From: Lytechinus pictus
Lineage: Eukaryota
Length of the DNA stretch: 64,000 nucleotides
Assembly (NCBI RefSeq): GCF_037042905.1
Contig: NC_087245.1
Location: forward strand, 24,492,001 to 24,556,000
Reading direction: 5' to 3'
Shown: one piece after another, positions 1 through 13,069 of the stretch
How the letters are laid out: the number at the start of each line of letters is the position of its first letter
Numbering within the stretch: position 1 is the first letter of the stretch
Notes under the pieces: generated by a model
What the model was told of the DNA's origin: nothing
Database searches by the model: none
The model's input: the letters and a program-made list of their open reading frames with translations, nothing else
Program-made: the position numbers and the translations under genes

Positions 1-104
1 GCAAGATCAGCATGTTTAGTGTCAAATGTAAATGTAAAGCTTAAATCTCTTTTCAAATGTGAAATGTAAAATTGCTTTTGTTTCGTTTTTATCAAAATTA
101 CATA

Positions 105-327
105 CGGTGGTGCTCAAAAGTTAGTGAACCTCATCAGAAAATGAACATATTTAAAATGTTCACGTTCTGTCATGTTTTAGCTATTTAATTGTTAAGTCAG
201 GTGATAAAACATCACAAGCTTTGTTTCTCTGGGCTCGCCGAACATAGAAGTGTTGTTGTCTACATTCAACACTCGGTACGAAGGAGTGCATTTTGTGGTG
301 GGGTTCACTAACTTTTAAGCACAATTG
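105..327. mobile_element. Tc1/mariner-type MITE
   Basis: Terminal inverted repeats (TIRs) cggtggtgctcaaaagttagtgaacc / ggttcactaacttttaagcacaattg, with TA on both flanks. Confidence 0.75.
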
Positions 328-599
328 TAAATTAATCACACGATGAAGTTCACTTGTAAAATTCGAACACAAATGATAAAAAACACTGCAAAACATCGAT
401 TAATAATATACAGTAATTTATTAATTGTTCCGAGCTCTTTTTATTTGTCTTTGCATTAAAAGGGATATTTTATTGTTGACCAAAATATCAAAGAAAATTC
501 TCAATTGTCATCTTTTTTTTTTTACAGTAGGCACTCTTATATCATTATAACGTAACAGCCTCCATCTATTCAATTTGCTTCTATCACGCAAAAAAATGC

Positions 600-1874
600 T
601 TTATTTGTTTTGATAATGAAATGAAAGTACTGACATATAATAACGTTCGGCGTATCGGCCTATCACAATGCTTATAAATGTTCACAGAGTATGAAAAATA
701 AAACCATGTGTAACATTTGTCAATTTAATCGGTTAACTTAAGGATCTTTCTGTAAGTTGCATTATTTTATACTTCATGTTTGATATAACACTGCTATTGA
801 TCAAACATCAATTTTATGTGAAAGGAAACAAGCAGCGTGGAGTTCTTCATAAAATTTGGTTTTGGTGTATTTATCTTTATATTATTGTCATTTTCAAACA
901 TAGAGCATGAAATTAAAACCGGTGAGGATAACTTAAAATAGCAATATATTCTATCATCATAGCACATCTGTGTTTTAAATGGGACCATACCTCTAGCAAG
1001 TTTTATTAGATTTATATACCAAATTTGTCAGACTAATTACACTTTTTAAACTTCATGTTATATTCACAAATAGCAATCTTTCATATACAGCTTATTTGCA
1101 TTTGAATATATACATACCATCTAGTACTTATTCATTAATATAAACATTCGGGGTGCCTGCCTCTAGAATAATTATGTATTTGTGTGAATTCAATATGGTT
1201 GTCTAAAATGTCTATAAAAGTAACACGTTTATCCGAACGGAGCAAACATACCCTAATCTTTCATTAATCTATCCCAGGACGGTATATCTCTGATAAATAT
1301 CATTACAATCAGAGTAAGCCAACAGAGATGATGCAGCTTTTATTTAAAAAAAAACACCTAGATTACAAATATTCTACTTTCTAGTATTCAGTTATTTTGT
1401 TTCATTTCATACAATGAAGGAAAGGGACAAAAAAGTATCAAAACTGCAGCTAAATTGTACACTTAGACTCCTATCAAGTGAAACCGTTTAATATTCAAAA
1501 ATTCTTCTATGAAAACTAGAAAAGTATACTTCTACATTATTTTGAGAAATTCAAACATGCCTTTATATCGTGTTATGCTGGAATAATGTATTCAGTCGTA
1601 GGCGTTAGCTGCTCACTGTAAGTCATTAGTATGAACATCATCTCTTCCTTATATCCGGATGATTTTTCCACCGTGGATCATTAAATATAATGGATAATGG
1701 AATTGGGAGGGAAGAGGAATAATTTCGAAGCCAGTGATCTAATGAAATATGGCAGACGGATCGAACGAAAAGGTCAGGAATGTGTTTAGTCTTTGTTGTA
1801 AAAAGGTGTCGATGGTGTAGCGATCTGCAAGTAATAATGACAAGAAAAGAAAGAAAGAGAATGACGAAATACAT
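600..1874 (-). other. Putative terminal 3'UTR exon of the neuropeptide gene (3' end uncertain)
   Basis: Strong acceptor cctctctttccttttaattttttCAG (1877-1875) pairs with the donor at 2720 (846-nt intron). Minus-strand AATAAA candidates at 1339-1344, 1002-1007 and 600-605. Confidence 0.6.
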
Positions 1875-2269
1875 CTGAAAAAATTAAAAGGAAAGAGAGG
1901 TAAAATTTACAGGCAAAAAGTAAAAAAAAATAGTAATCAAGTAAATAAATTTTCAAAAGACACATTTCTCGTCAGATTTCTTAGGCATGTTAGGAAATGA
2001 TTATATTTTGCTGATCCCTAAGTTGTTAAAAGAAATGACAGTCAATGCATCAGTGGAGCCAGCGAATAAAGGACAAGTCTTCAGCCTGGGGTCCTTTCGG
2101 TCATTGACAGTTTTGTTTTAGTGGGACGGGCGCGGATCCAGGGAGGGGGATGATGGGAAAAATGGCGAGAATTTTATTTTTGAAAGGCTCTCATAGTACA
2201 CTTTCATCAATTTGAAACACTTTAAAAGCTTGTGTAAGAATCAGAAAAGATAGTAGACAATTTTTCACT

Positions 2270-2464
2270 GCTGACAGAACACTGCTCTCACAGCGGGCCA
2301 TGCATAACCTAATGCTATATTACTCTTCTCCATTCTAAAACGTCAAGCGCCTGACAATACTTCAGAAGATCAAAATTTAAGTATGTGGTATGACTCGGCC
2401 GAGGATCGCACTTACGACCTCATGTTCATGAGGCGGGCGCTATACCACCGAGCAACCATGTCCG
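2270..2464 (-). mobile_element. Decayed tRNA-derived SINE (MetaSINE-like) in the 3'UTR intron
   Basis: Reverse complement shows a tRNA-like head (ggttgctcggtggtatagcgcccgcctc...) followed by ggccgagtcatacca; related copy at 52398-52620. Confidence 0.6.
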
Positions 2465-2728
2465 ATAGAAATCGGTGGTAAAATAATTTAAATCAAATTA
2501 TTGACACGACATACTTTTCTCAAAGCATTATCTCAGTTAATGTTAATGGCATGGAAACCAATTAGCAGATTTCAAAATACCCCCCTCTCTCTCTAGCAGT
2601 GTCCTTGTAATTCTTGATAAGCACTTGTTCAATTGTTCAATGCAGAGACGGTAAAGGGAATGGACAGTGAAGGACGCCCTCTCGGCCATCTTTGATTGGA
2701 TCAATCTTCAAATCACTCACCTGCTTTA

Positions 2729-2862
2729 TTAGGACTCCATCTGCTGGTCTGATCGCTTGCCACTGTTCAGGAGATTCCTCAGCCTGTTCACATTCTTCAT
2801 CATTCTCCAGTTGTCAACATTAGCAAGGCCAAGATGTTTTACTGATCCTCTTTTCGACATAG
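2729..2862 (-). CDS. Neuropeptide precursor, coding exon B (mature amidated peptide + C-terminal extension)
   Basis: Acceptor tttcatttgtctacAG (CAG at 2865-2863). Phase matches exon A (G+CT = Ala), reading (A)MSKRGSVKHLGLANVDNWRMMKNVNRLRNLLNSGKRSDQQMES-stop (TAA 2731-2729). KR and G-KR processing sites flank the peptide; donor CAG|GTGAGT follows after 2721. Total CDS 303 nt = 100 aa + stop. Confidence 0.92.
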
Positions 2863-4339
2863 CTGTAGACAAATGAAATAAACGTGTTCATTTTTAGACA
2901 TAGTATACTTTTAAGTTCCCAGCTGGTTTAAAAAAATCTAAGCTCATAGCTAGTTCTGGAATAATTATAAGGCAATTTAAAGAAATTAAAAAAAATATAT
3001 ATCCAGTTCAAATAAATTCATAAAACTAAACTAGAAAAGTAGAAGGTACATATTCATGAAAAAAATACGAAATGGTGATGGCACCCTCTTGAAATATACA
3101 CTTCTGATCCTTTGGGGGATCAATTCGATTTGTCATCGGTGAAATATTTTAGCACATTGTAAGTAATACCTCATCTTATAAGAACCTGAAAGAAAAGTCA
3201 TTATTTCATACTCCTTTTTCTGTGAATGTCGTCGAAATGGCCAAAAGTGTTTATCCATTCGGTCAACTTTAGTAGTGACAAAGACATGTACATTTTATTT
3301 TGCCAGGAGTGTTTATCCATGGTTTTGGTTTATCGAAGTTGTGGTTTGTTATTCGTCCTTTGGTAGCATCTTTGGACGTTTCTGGAAATGATTTCTGACA
3401 CATTTGAAGTTATTAAATGTGCATCAATGTGAACCACCCCAGCCTGTCAAATACACATTAATGGCCCTTTAATCTCTCGCAATTCTAACGGTGTTACGTT
3501 AATAATTTGCGTCATCGAAAAATACACAACATGAAGTTCTTCCAAGATTCAGGGTGTTTTTTGGTCTGGGAGGGGGGGTTCAGACTTACGAGTTTATTCA
3601 ACGGCTCTTTCTTGGCAACGTAAAGAAAAAAATACGATTTTAAGAATACTGGTCTTTTTCTATTTTCTATCTGAGTTCCCTATCGTAAAGCTTCCCCAAT
3701 GATCTTAGGGCTGTTTTTGTTTATTTTGCTTTTACGATTGATTCCACGTGGTTATTATTTACAAACAATCGTACAAATCACTGAATTTGCTATCAATGGC
3801 ACGTTAAAACCTTCTGTTGTAACATTCTAAACCATCATAATGTGATTGGCCGAGGGGTATATGTCCTAGAACTAGACACGGAGTAGCACCGACTAAAGAT
3901 CAAAAACATGATTTTCATGACTGATTGCAGATTTTGATCTTTATTTTGATCACTTTGGGAAACAAACATAATTATGTTCCTTACGATAGCTGTTACACAA
4001 TGGATGATTATCATATATTTATGAATCTATGTGACTTGTGAATAACACTTCCTTTTTTTCATTTTTTTTAAAAGTTTTTTCCAAGATTAAACGAGCCTCT
4101 CTTCAAGCAGTACTTAAATTTGTTCAAACAGCTTCGTTTTTCCTATAACCTTGGAGTTAAATACGACAGAATATATCCATTATGTGCCTCATGGTTGGGA
4201 ATCATTATGCATAATGAGGCATTGTGTTCAAGATTATTCATCGTATTGTATTGTAATATAGATTATGATAAAGGAATAGGATTATAATGCGTCGAATCGA
4301 CCATGCTGATTGATCAAGTCAGGTCAGGTTTTCCTGCTA

Positions 4340-5955
4340 CTGGTAACCATGTAACCCAGTACTACCTGTTTCATGGCCGGGTGGTCCTAAACCTAATATC
4401 TGGTGAGTAGGTGAACACCTAAAACAGGATTTGGGACTTACATTTATACCTGTCAAACTGTGGATGAGTAGCTGGTCAGCCAATGGCTACCCAAGGCAGA
4501 TAAAAACTGAAAATCGTACTGCTTTATTCAAAACGAATTTGATAAAAATTTGTACAGACAGATTTCAGAATTCGATAAACAGTACTATGAAAAACACTAG
4601 AGCGCGGACATGAAGAACAGATAGAGTCAGCAAGGCAGTGGCCTATATATGTTGGGCCAGTTGTAATGCTACAAACGTAGTATTTCATCGGAATCCCCAC
4701 TTTCATGCTGTGAATGTCAAGAAACACACTGAATACGGAACAATAGGACCATGAACATGACTGGAAGCTGGAGAATCGATGAAGACGGATTGGACGGTAC
4801 AATAATGGAAAACATCGAAATTTTAAAAACCAACAGGCTTGGGATGGGAGAGATCACCGAACATACCACTTTGAATACCTTCGAAATTATTTTCAGAATA
4901 AAGCAGAAAGGGGCAGTATTCGTCCTTTCAGGAATGCACACGCAGTAAATGTTGCGACTTATAGCATTTCTGACAGATTGATCGTGATGAACCTAAATGC
5001 CTAATCAACAAGAGATACTCTTCCAACCAGCCAATGTCAAAAAAGAAGAACACGGAATTCTCTTATACTCGAAGGACATTTTGGGAAACAGAATACATAT
5101 GACCACCTCATCATTTTGAGAGATTCCAAAGTGTGAGGAAAAAAAGTCAAGATGAAAAACAGATCTCCAAAATATTGCCAGCCAATAAATTGACGGCAAA
5201 TCTGCAAACAGATTGACAGATTTGTCAAAGATTCAATCAGATTGGAGAACAAAAGTATTACTTTAATTCTAAAATATACATGGCAAAGATGCAAAAGCAG
5301 ATAATGCAAATAGAATAATGGAGCGATGGCATATCAGCATGAGACGAGCTCACCTTGAAATTCCAGCTATGAACTTTGTGAGGACAATAAGTATAGAAAG
5401 AAATCAAGATTAGATGCCTAACCAACAGTATTTCTAAAGAACTTAAAAGGGGAAGTGTAAACCTATTGGTGAGATTATGTGTAAATTTGGATTTACGAAC
5501 TGATGTAAATGCTCACATTACCAAGGAAAATGATGAAACAAACATGACCAAATACTCTTCTAAACTTTAGGGAGGATTTGCCATACAAATTTTAGGTGTC
5601 ATAAAGATGGAGAAAACTTAAAGTTTACTAGGGTCTGATTAATTTGGATTTGAAGCTAGACCTCTATAGGCCAAGGCCGCAGAGTATAGATGTGAAAGCG
5701 TTTGAACGAGTGAACTCTGTCAAACTATTTGGGGATGTTTAAATATCTTGGAGTAAGTTGGAAGAATCAATGCCCCCGGAATCTGGAGAGGTGGGGACAG
5801 TGAATATAACACCAAACCTGTAAAAAAGAAAGGAGTTAGTTAAGGATGTCTACTTCCTCCTATCCTCTTCACTGTGTATGCAGATACCATTATACTGGGA
5901 ACGCTTGGTCACTGCCTCACTGGGCGGAATCGTCATCGGGAGCAGAATCGGTTCT
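4340..5955 (+). mobile_element. Degraded RTE-like LINE (endonuclease and reverse transcriptase remnants)
   Basis: Endonuclease-like remnant (IEILKTNRLGMGEI) near 4.8 kb. RT motif KGVS*GCLLPPILFTVYADTII at ~5829-5895 followed by GGIVIGSRI. Multiple stops and frameshifts. Confidence 0.7.
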
Positions 5956-6884
5956 TAGTTTACAAGTCTAATGTTAATGACAACAAATAAATGCCACTGT
6001 GGCTGAGATGATGCATTCACTCCTTGCAATGTGGAAAGAACTTCGTAATGAGTTGTGGCTGTGGAGAAGAATGGAATGGAATGAAGAAAGAGAAGTATCC
6101 TAACGAACGTTGCGGGAGCGGAAAATGGCCCGCTCCTCACCGCTCGCAATATTTTGTGCAGCTCAAAACTCTCGGAGCGGTAGAAGGGACCATCAGCGGT
6201 GGCCGAGCGAATACGGCGTTGCCCTAACGGTGGCCAAGTTTTGTTAAACGGTGGTGAACGGTAACGAGTGGTGATGATTTTTTTTTACCGCTCCAGCAAA
6301 GTTCTGGCGGTGTGACCACTACTTTAACTCGAGTTAAGAGTCTGAATATGCCGCCTACTCACGCCTTGTGTACTGAATTGAAACAACAAGTTTTGTATGT
6401 GCTAGTCTTTGCGTGCAGTCACACTTGTTGATCAAAATTTCAATCAGGGTCTGTGCCTGCAGACTAAGTTATGGCTGTTTAAGACTATTGCTCCTCAAAA
6501 TCGTATATAAAAATTACAACCTCATTTCAAGATTGTTTATGATACCTTCCGGACAATGGAAAGTGAATGAAAGATTCATAAAACTGTCAGTCTGTGATAA
6601 CGCCACCCAGTCCAAGGTTAGGGGGGAGAGAGAGAGTATAATGGAATGCTCCTTCGGTCAGAATTCCAGGGCTAAGCACAGCCTATAGAACGCCCCTGTT
6701 CTTTGCTTCGACTGAAAAGACTAATATAAACAGCCACTTGAATGAGAGGGTGCCTTCAGGTCACATGACTTCTGACGTGTTGATATTGGCGCCACGAATA
6801 CATTTCCTAGCCCATGGCCGTGCCAACTGTATCTTTTTATCAAGTGTTTCGTAATTAAGAACCAGTGCCGTTATCATATTTCAC

Positions 6885-7450
6885 GTCCATTCAATTGAAG
6901 GAAATTGACAAACGTTTCCTTCAAAAAAAAAATTGATTACCATGTTCGTCAGAAGAAACCATGGTGCTGTATAGATCACTTTTTCTTGAAAGTACATAAA
7001 ACATGAAATCCGGTCGAAGTTACATAACAGATTAACGTTGACCTCGGGAAAACATTGATAAGACAAACGGATATGCCATGTTTTCCTATTATAAAAATGG
7101 ATTAAAGGTGATCTTGTTGGACACATGGATATGCATGTGTCCAATGGGATAACAGTCATTGTCAGGAAGCCATGTTTCCCGTTAATAGTTCTTATGTATT
7201 TAAAAAAAGTGATCTGCACTGCACCCTTGTTTCAACATTTGTCCGAAAGAGTAGGTGTATACGTTGAACTGTAAAGGGAAATGAAGTGAGTCAAAAAATT
7301 CCAATTCCGTAGAAACGTCATTGGAAAAGTGGGAAAAGAATGAGAAACAAACGGCAAGAAAGAAAATCATCGGATCTTCTGAGATGCTAAGAATTGTAAA
7401 CAGCATTGAAAATGGATTTATGGATAAGATTAGGAGAGACACAAAATATT
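6885..7450 (+). pseudogene. Possible highly decayed MULE/SWIM-type transposase fragment
   Basis: Broken reading frame gives LLDTWICMCPMG followed after a frameshift by KPC, resembling a SWIM CxCx(n)CxH finger. Confidence 0.25.
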
Positions 7451-9333
7451 GATGTTTGTTGGTAAGATCACACAGGCAGGGAGCAGACAGGTATCGTATT
7501 TTCGAAAGTTGATGACGCATGACAGTTCACATGATTGGCCAGGGCTCCCCGGGAGACTGGAACTGGTTACCAGCTTTTCCTCACTGTGACGCAGTCTAAA
7601 CAATCACAAATCTATTTTCCAAATCATTGTATATTGCATACTACACACAAATCTAAACTTCGAAAGTTGCAGTAAATTACATGGTCTTATTTTTGCCTTG
7701 ATCTGAAAAGATTTATCAAGGCTAGCTTCAGTCCTTTGCTTTATTGGGGGGGGGGGGGTGTGATGTCAAACCGCTTCCTGGTCATTCCCCTTTTCGTCTT
7801 AAAAAAAGAAGATTCAACGAAGTTTTCGATGTACTTCATTTTCAACAATAATGTCCTGATAGAAAGAATGACTGTTTAACCATTTTCATATCATATGAAA
7901 AAAATGAAACAAAATAAAAGAATGTAGGCAAACGGTTTCAATATATATTGATAGATACAATGATTCTTAGCATATGTAACTCGTAAATCATCATGAATGT
8001 GCCTACTTCATCTGAAATTTTGAAAAATTATAATCTCTTTATCATCGTTGAGATTGGTTATACAAATGACAATATTAACATATCATGTTTTAAAGATATA
8101 ATTTGGTGATAAAATGGATATTTAATTACTATCTGTACACACTATGCAGCTGCACAAGTGTCACAAACGAGTATATGGGACCTCATGAAAACATGACATT
8201 AAACACAAGAAAGCAAAACTAACATTATTTTGCTGTTTTATCACTATCATATTCATTCAAAATCGCCTGTGTTTCCAGTTCAAGATATTTGTAGTTTTGC
8301 TGAATGTAACATTCATCGGTAAAGCATTTTGGCAGTCATTTATTTTTATATTTCATTGTCATCATCTTCACCCGTCAAAATTCAAAGTCATAACCATGGT
8401 TGATTGCTTCCCCTTCCAGACGCCAATGTTGGATTGTGATCTACCCTTCCCAACAGATCCCCAGGGGGTTTGTCTTTTGTATTAATCTAAACACAAGATC
8501 ATGCATCAATCTTCTACAATACTCCTGGTATTTATTTTCGCTTAATACTACATCTCCTCTCTCTTCTCTCTCTCTCTCTTTATTCGATTGCTACGACTAT
8601 ATGGAAAACTCGAACGGACTTCGCCCAGAGCGTCCAAAGGAAATTCCAAGTTTTTCCTGTATTCACCTGCGAAAAACTGTTTCCTTTTTCCCGTTCCTTT
8701 TGAATTTGCATCACCTGGTCTCACAGGAGGCCGATGGATTAAGGTGAAGTCGAGGGTAGTTAGGCTAAACGTCAGAAGTTCAAATATTTGTTTTTTCTAT
8801 ATCAAACTTTCCTCATCCATTTTGGATGCCTCGAACGTTTCCACGGGTTGTATCTGTGTTCTCTGCATGCTTATCAATCATTGTCGCACCATAATTCTCA
8901 GGTCTCTTTTCTTTGGTTTCATTTCCCATTTTTATCAATTTTATTTCTCTCTCTCTCTCTCTTTCTCCCTCTCCCCCCCCCCCCCTCTCTTTCGCCTATT
9001 TCATGTCGATCGATATTTTGTATTTCCTACCCAACATCTGTTCTTGAAGCTAATTCACTTACACGAAGTTCTTTTCTCGAATCTTGTGAATCAACGAATG
9101 TGGTAAACACGCATTCTTCATTCATATAATGGTTGAAAGATGTCTAACACTGGGCAGTTAGTCCCCCCCCCCCCTCCCCACCACCCAGACACCTTGGGAC
9201 GATTTTCGAAGAGGAGGTACTGGTTTCGAGAAACAAAAAAAAAAGGGTTTTTGGTCCAAAATGAAGGTTCTTTCGTTTCAAATTTCATACATTTTATCAT
9301 ACCAACCTAGTTTCAAGATTTTGCTGCCTATGG

Positions 9334-11145
9334 TCATAGGAGGATCCAGGGTTGGCGGAGCCAAAAAAGGGGGAAAGAAAGAAAGAAAAAGAAGATAAAA
9401 TAGAGGAGAAAATGAGGGGAAACATATGAGAAGGAAGACGAGTGAAATAAGATGAGGGGAAGACTTGGAAAATAATTTGTAAAAATCTGTAATGTCACTA
9501 TAAAAGTTTCGCTCGCGCTTCGCGCTCGCATTGCCTTTTAGGTGATTTACATATCTTGCTCAATATGGAGCCTTAGATATCAAATTTGAAAGTCAATACA
9601 CAAAACACATTTCAGCTCGCAAATCGAACTTTCATGATTTTGTGTGATTTACAAATTAATTTTTAAAAAAGTGGTCTGTTTTATGGTCTGAATACTAACA
9701 TTTTCTGCTCGTGCTGCGCGCTCACAAAATTTGATTTGTCGGGTACCTATTATTTTCCTGTGTTCCATAAAGTTATCAAAATATCCCTATTCATGTCAGA
9801 TTGTCAAAACGTATCAGCTAGCGCTGTTCCCTCACATTTTGATTGGTGCCTTATGTATATTTCAATATTATTTCTACAAGAAACTACTTAAAATCCCCAT
9901 TTTATGACAGTTTATAAAAAAATTCGGCTCACGATTTGCGCTCGCATTGATTGTTGAAAATATATTAACTCATGCATCTTGTTCATAATTACAAAAGTGT
10001 TTTAAATATCAAGTTTTCAGGCCATAATAATAGCAGATTTTGCGCTCTCGTTAGGCTTATTAGATTGATAAATAAATTTAGTAATCAAAATGTACCTTTT
10101 TCAGAATGGAATATCGACAATTTTCATCTCGCGCTTAATAAGAGAAATAAGAAGATTTTCATATGATGACATATCAATGTTCTTAGAATGTCCCGGTCCT
10201 ATGTCAAAACTCAAAGTAATAATGAAACATATCAGCTCTTTTTAACTGTGATCCATATCCACCTCACAATTTTCCTACAAAGTGCTTGAAATACAGAGCT
10301 TAAATTGACCTTTTTGGGGATCGGAATATCAAATCTTTTAAGCTCGCGCTTCGCGCTCGCTTTATTGATTTTCATGTTAAAAAAAGGTATTCTAGGTCGA
10401 AATCTGAAACACGCGCACGCATTTTTATTTAGATACGCGGCTTGTTCTCTCTTTGATTTATTATCCAGTTTCATATCACAATATCAAACATTTTCTGCTC
10501 GCACTTTGCGCTCGCATTATTAATGTAGGAAGATTTTCAATTACTCATCCTTTTCATGATTTACAAAACATGAATAGAGTGTCCCATTTTTAGATGTAAA
10601 TCTCGATTTTTTCCGCTCGCGCTTCGCGCTCGCATTAATTGTTTTATTGTTATATACTTATCTTTTTCACGATTACAAAAAGTGCCTAGAATTTCCATTC
10701 TTCAGGTAAAAATATTAACATTTTCAGTTCGCGCTCGCATTATATTATTATTGAAATATGTAACATCTTCATGGCTAACTGCAAGCAGCCCGTTAACAGA
10801 TCCTTTTTTTATCAGATCAAAACGTATATTAAACATTTCTGTTAGCGCTTTGCGCTCGCAGTAATTATTAAGCTGGATACACATTTTGCTTAGGATCACA
10901 AACATTGCCCAGAATGTTTGAATTTTAGGACAAAATACATGAAATTAAAAAAAACTCGCGCTTCGCGCTCGCACTATTTAAGTAATGATTACGAGATCAC
11001 TATATATTTCTGTTGATTTATAAGAATAAAGCTTAGAAGTTACTATTAGGACTACCCCTTGAAACAAACAAAAATCTAAGTCGAGCGGCCGATCGGGGAA
11101 AATGTGGCTGAAAAAAATCCGCCCCCCCCCCCTTTGGCGAACATA
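9334..11145. mobile_element. Non-autonomous hAT-like element with internal degenerate tandem array
   Basis: Begins cataggaggatccaggg and ends near ccgccccccccccctttggcgaa. About 12 copies of GCTCGCGCTTCGCGCTCGCA, mostly ~100-120 bp apart. Confidence 0.6.
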
Positions 11146-11759
11146 CGAAGCACCCACATAAAAATCTTGGGGTGCTTTAGATCAGATCCCGCTTCCCAAG
11201 TCCATGTCTCCATCCCTCACCTAAAAAGATGGAAATAAGAGTATAAAATTTGCATGGACTGACACAATATTGTATGACGTAAACAAACATCTATAATTTA
11301 TGATATTGTGGGCACGATTTGTCAAAGTTTTGATATATTTTATTTTGTCAATTTTTTGTTGTTCGTCCATGGTTAGAATGTCGTGCGCTGACTATGTAGT
11401 AATAAATCTGCACTCCAATTGGGGGATCTTACGCATGAAAATTACCAGAGGTAGACATAAAACAACACAACTTTCTTAATGAAATCGGACATTGGAGTAC
11501 AAAATAATGTTTGAATGATGGAATGTTAAGAAGAATTTGTCGAAATCTTTACCATTTATTTGTTACGAAGATTAACATTTTGTTTAGTAATCCATAAAAC
11601 ATAAAGCATCGGAAGTTTCTAAGCGGGGAGGTTTGGAATCATGCATTCCGTTTTGTTAATTTAGTGTATTCCGCGATCATTTTTCCCCAGCTTTAGAATA
11701 TTATTTTTTGTTATTTTAGTGTATTCCATGATTATTCCAAGGTTTCAAATTTGAAATTA

Positions 11760-12100
11760 TGATGAGGGATTGATGGACGGTGAACAAGAGAATGCCCAAG
11801 GGCGAAATATGTTGCAATCAGCAAAGTTTTGGTTTCTAACAAGATATCCATGTGGATGTATTCCGTTCATCCTGGCTGGGAGCATGATGAGAGCCAATTC
11901 CAGCTCCTCATATTTCCAGACGATTTCCATTTTGTTTGTGGTTTATATATTTCGACTTTCTTTGGAATTCAAAAGAATATCCAGAAATTAGCATCGAATA
12001 CAAATCATTTATGGACATTGCAGTGTTCGTGCAGATGTGAGGTAATCAGGGGACGCTAGAGATTGGTTTTGCAACCGTTGAACATGTGGTCATTGACATG
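11760..12100 (-). mobile_element. Decayed L1/Tx1-like ORF2 C-terminal remnant
   Basis: Minus-strand IHPHGYLVRNQNFADCNIFRPWAFSC resembles the zf-RVT region (LHGxLxTNxxL...C). Confidence 0.35.
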
Positions 12101-12918
12101 GGTCTTCTTGCTATTTCTCCTTCCCACCCCCACTTTCAACATCTCTCTCTCTCTCTCCTCTATCTTCCTCTTTATCTCCTTATCTCTCTCTCTCTTACTC
12201 CGTTTCCTTCCTTCTCTACCTTCCCTACCTCTCAGCCACTTTTCTTTAATTATCTCTTCATTTCACTACAATCTACCACTACTGATACGACGGTGACTAA
12301 TCGTTGATCAAGAGGAATTCTTTGCATCGATATTTTGGGGTGTTGTGACTTGTTTTAAAATTCTGTGTATAAAGTAAAACATCTCCGTATCCCCGTTAAT
12401 TGAATGGTGATAAACTAAAGGGCTATCCCCCATAATATCACCAATTTTTGTCTAGTTAGGCTTTACGGATTGGAAATCAGCATCTTCTTCTGACATGTCC
12501 TGTACATGTAGGTTTACATTCATATCCCAATTACTCCACTTTGAGATGAAGTAAAATCTAATGGCAAGGTTGCAAAATGTCTTCCTTGTGGCCTCATGGA
12601 CTGTCTTTATATTACAGGAGGTATACAGAAGGTCTTTGATGCTTTAAAGTGCCCTCTGTACGGTAACCGTGAAGCTTGCCCATACTCCTTCAGATAAGTT
12701 TTCTAATTTTGAGAGTGTTCTTGTCCCTGTCTGTTAAAGACGCTTTTGGGGTCAGCCTAGAATAATCATAAATGCACACCAAAGAATAATTTTCGACATT
12801 CGTTTCTCGGGATTTGTCATCCTTGATAAATTATCCTTTCCTCGAGGGGGCTTTCCCCTGAGGTGCCTACATTTCCTCTTCATCGATGAATACCTTTCCT
12901 ACATTAATTTTGTATCAG

Positions 12919-13064
12919 GGGAGCGTTTCATAAAAAGACTTTATCCGACGAGTCCCATTTTATCCGACAGTCACCATAGTAACTGTGCTTCTCAGCCAAT
13001 CAAAATCCAGGAAAGATGTCAGATCTGACAACTTGTCGGACAATAATGTTGATGAAACGCTCCC
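12919..13064. mobile_element. PIF/Harbinger-type MITE (family B)
   Basis: TIR GGGAGCGTTTCAT / ATGAAACGCTCCC with 3-bp TSD CAG; second copy at 58402-58558. Confidence 0.8.
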
Positions 13065-13069
13065 CAGAT

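Noticed and set aside
1638..1874. 78-aa hydrophobic ORF starting at the first base of the terminal exon
   Set aside because: Lies downstream of the precursor stop in predicted 3'UTR; hydrophobicity reflects T-rich sequence and no motif is recognisable.
3165..3200. Possible extra minus-strand micro-exon (ttttctttcag acceptor near 3186)
   Set aside because: Weak donor, and a 16-nt exon would shift the frame of the precursor.
8400..9129. Overlapping ORFs including the 172-aa longest ORF
   Set aside because: Non-ATG start, low-complexity CT tract, no recognisable domain or splice support; possibly antisense to a decayed element.
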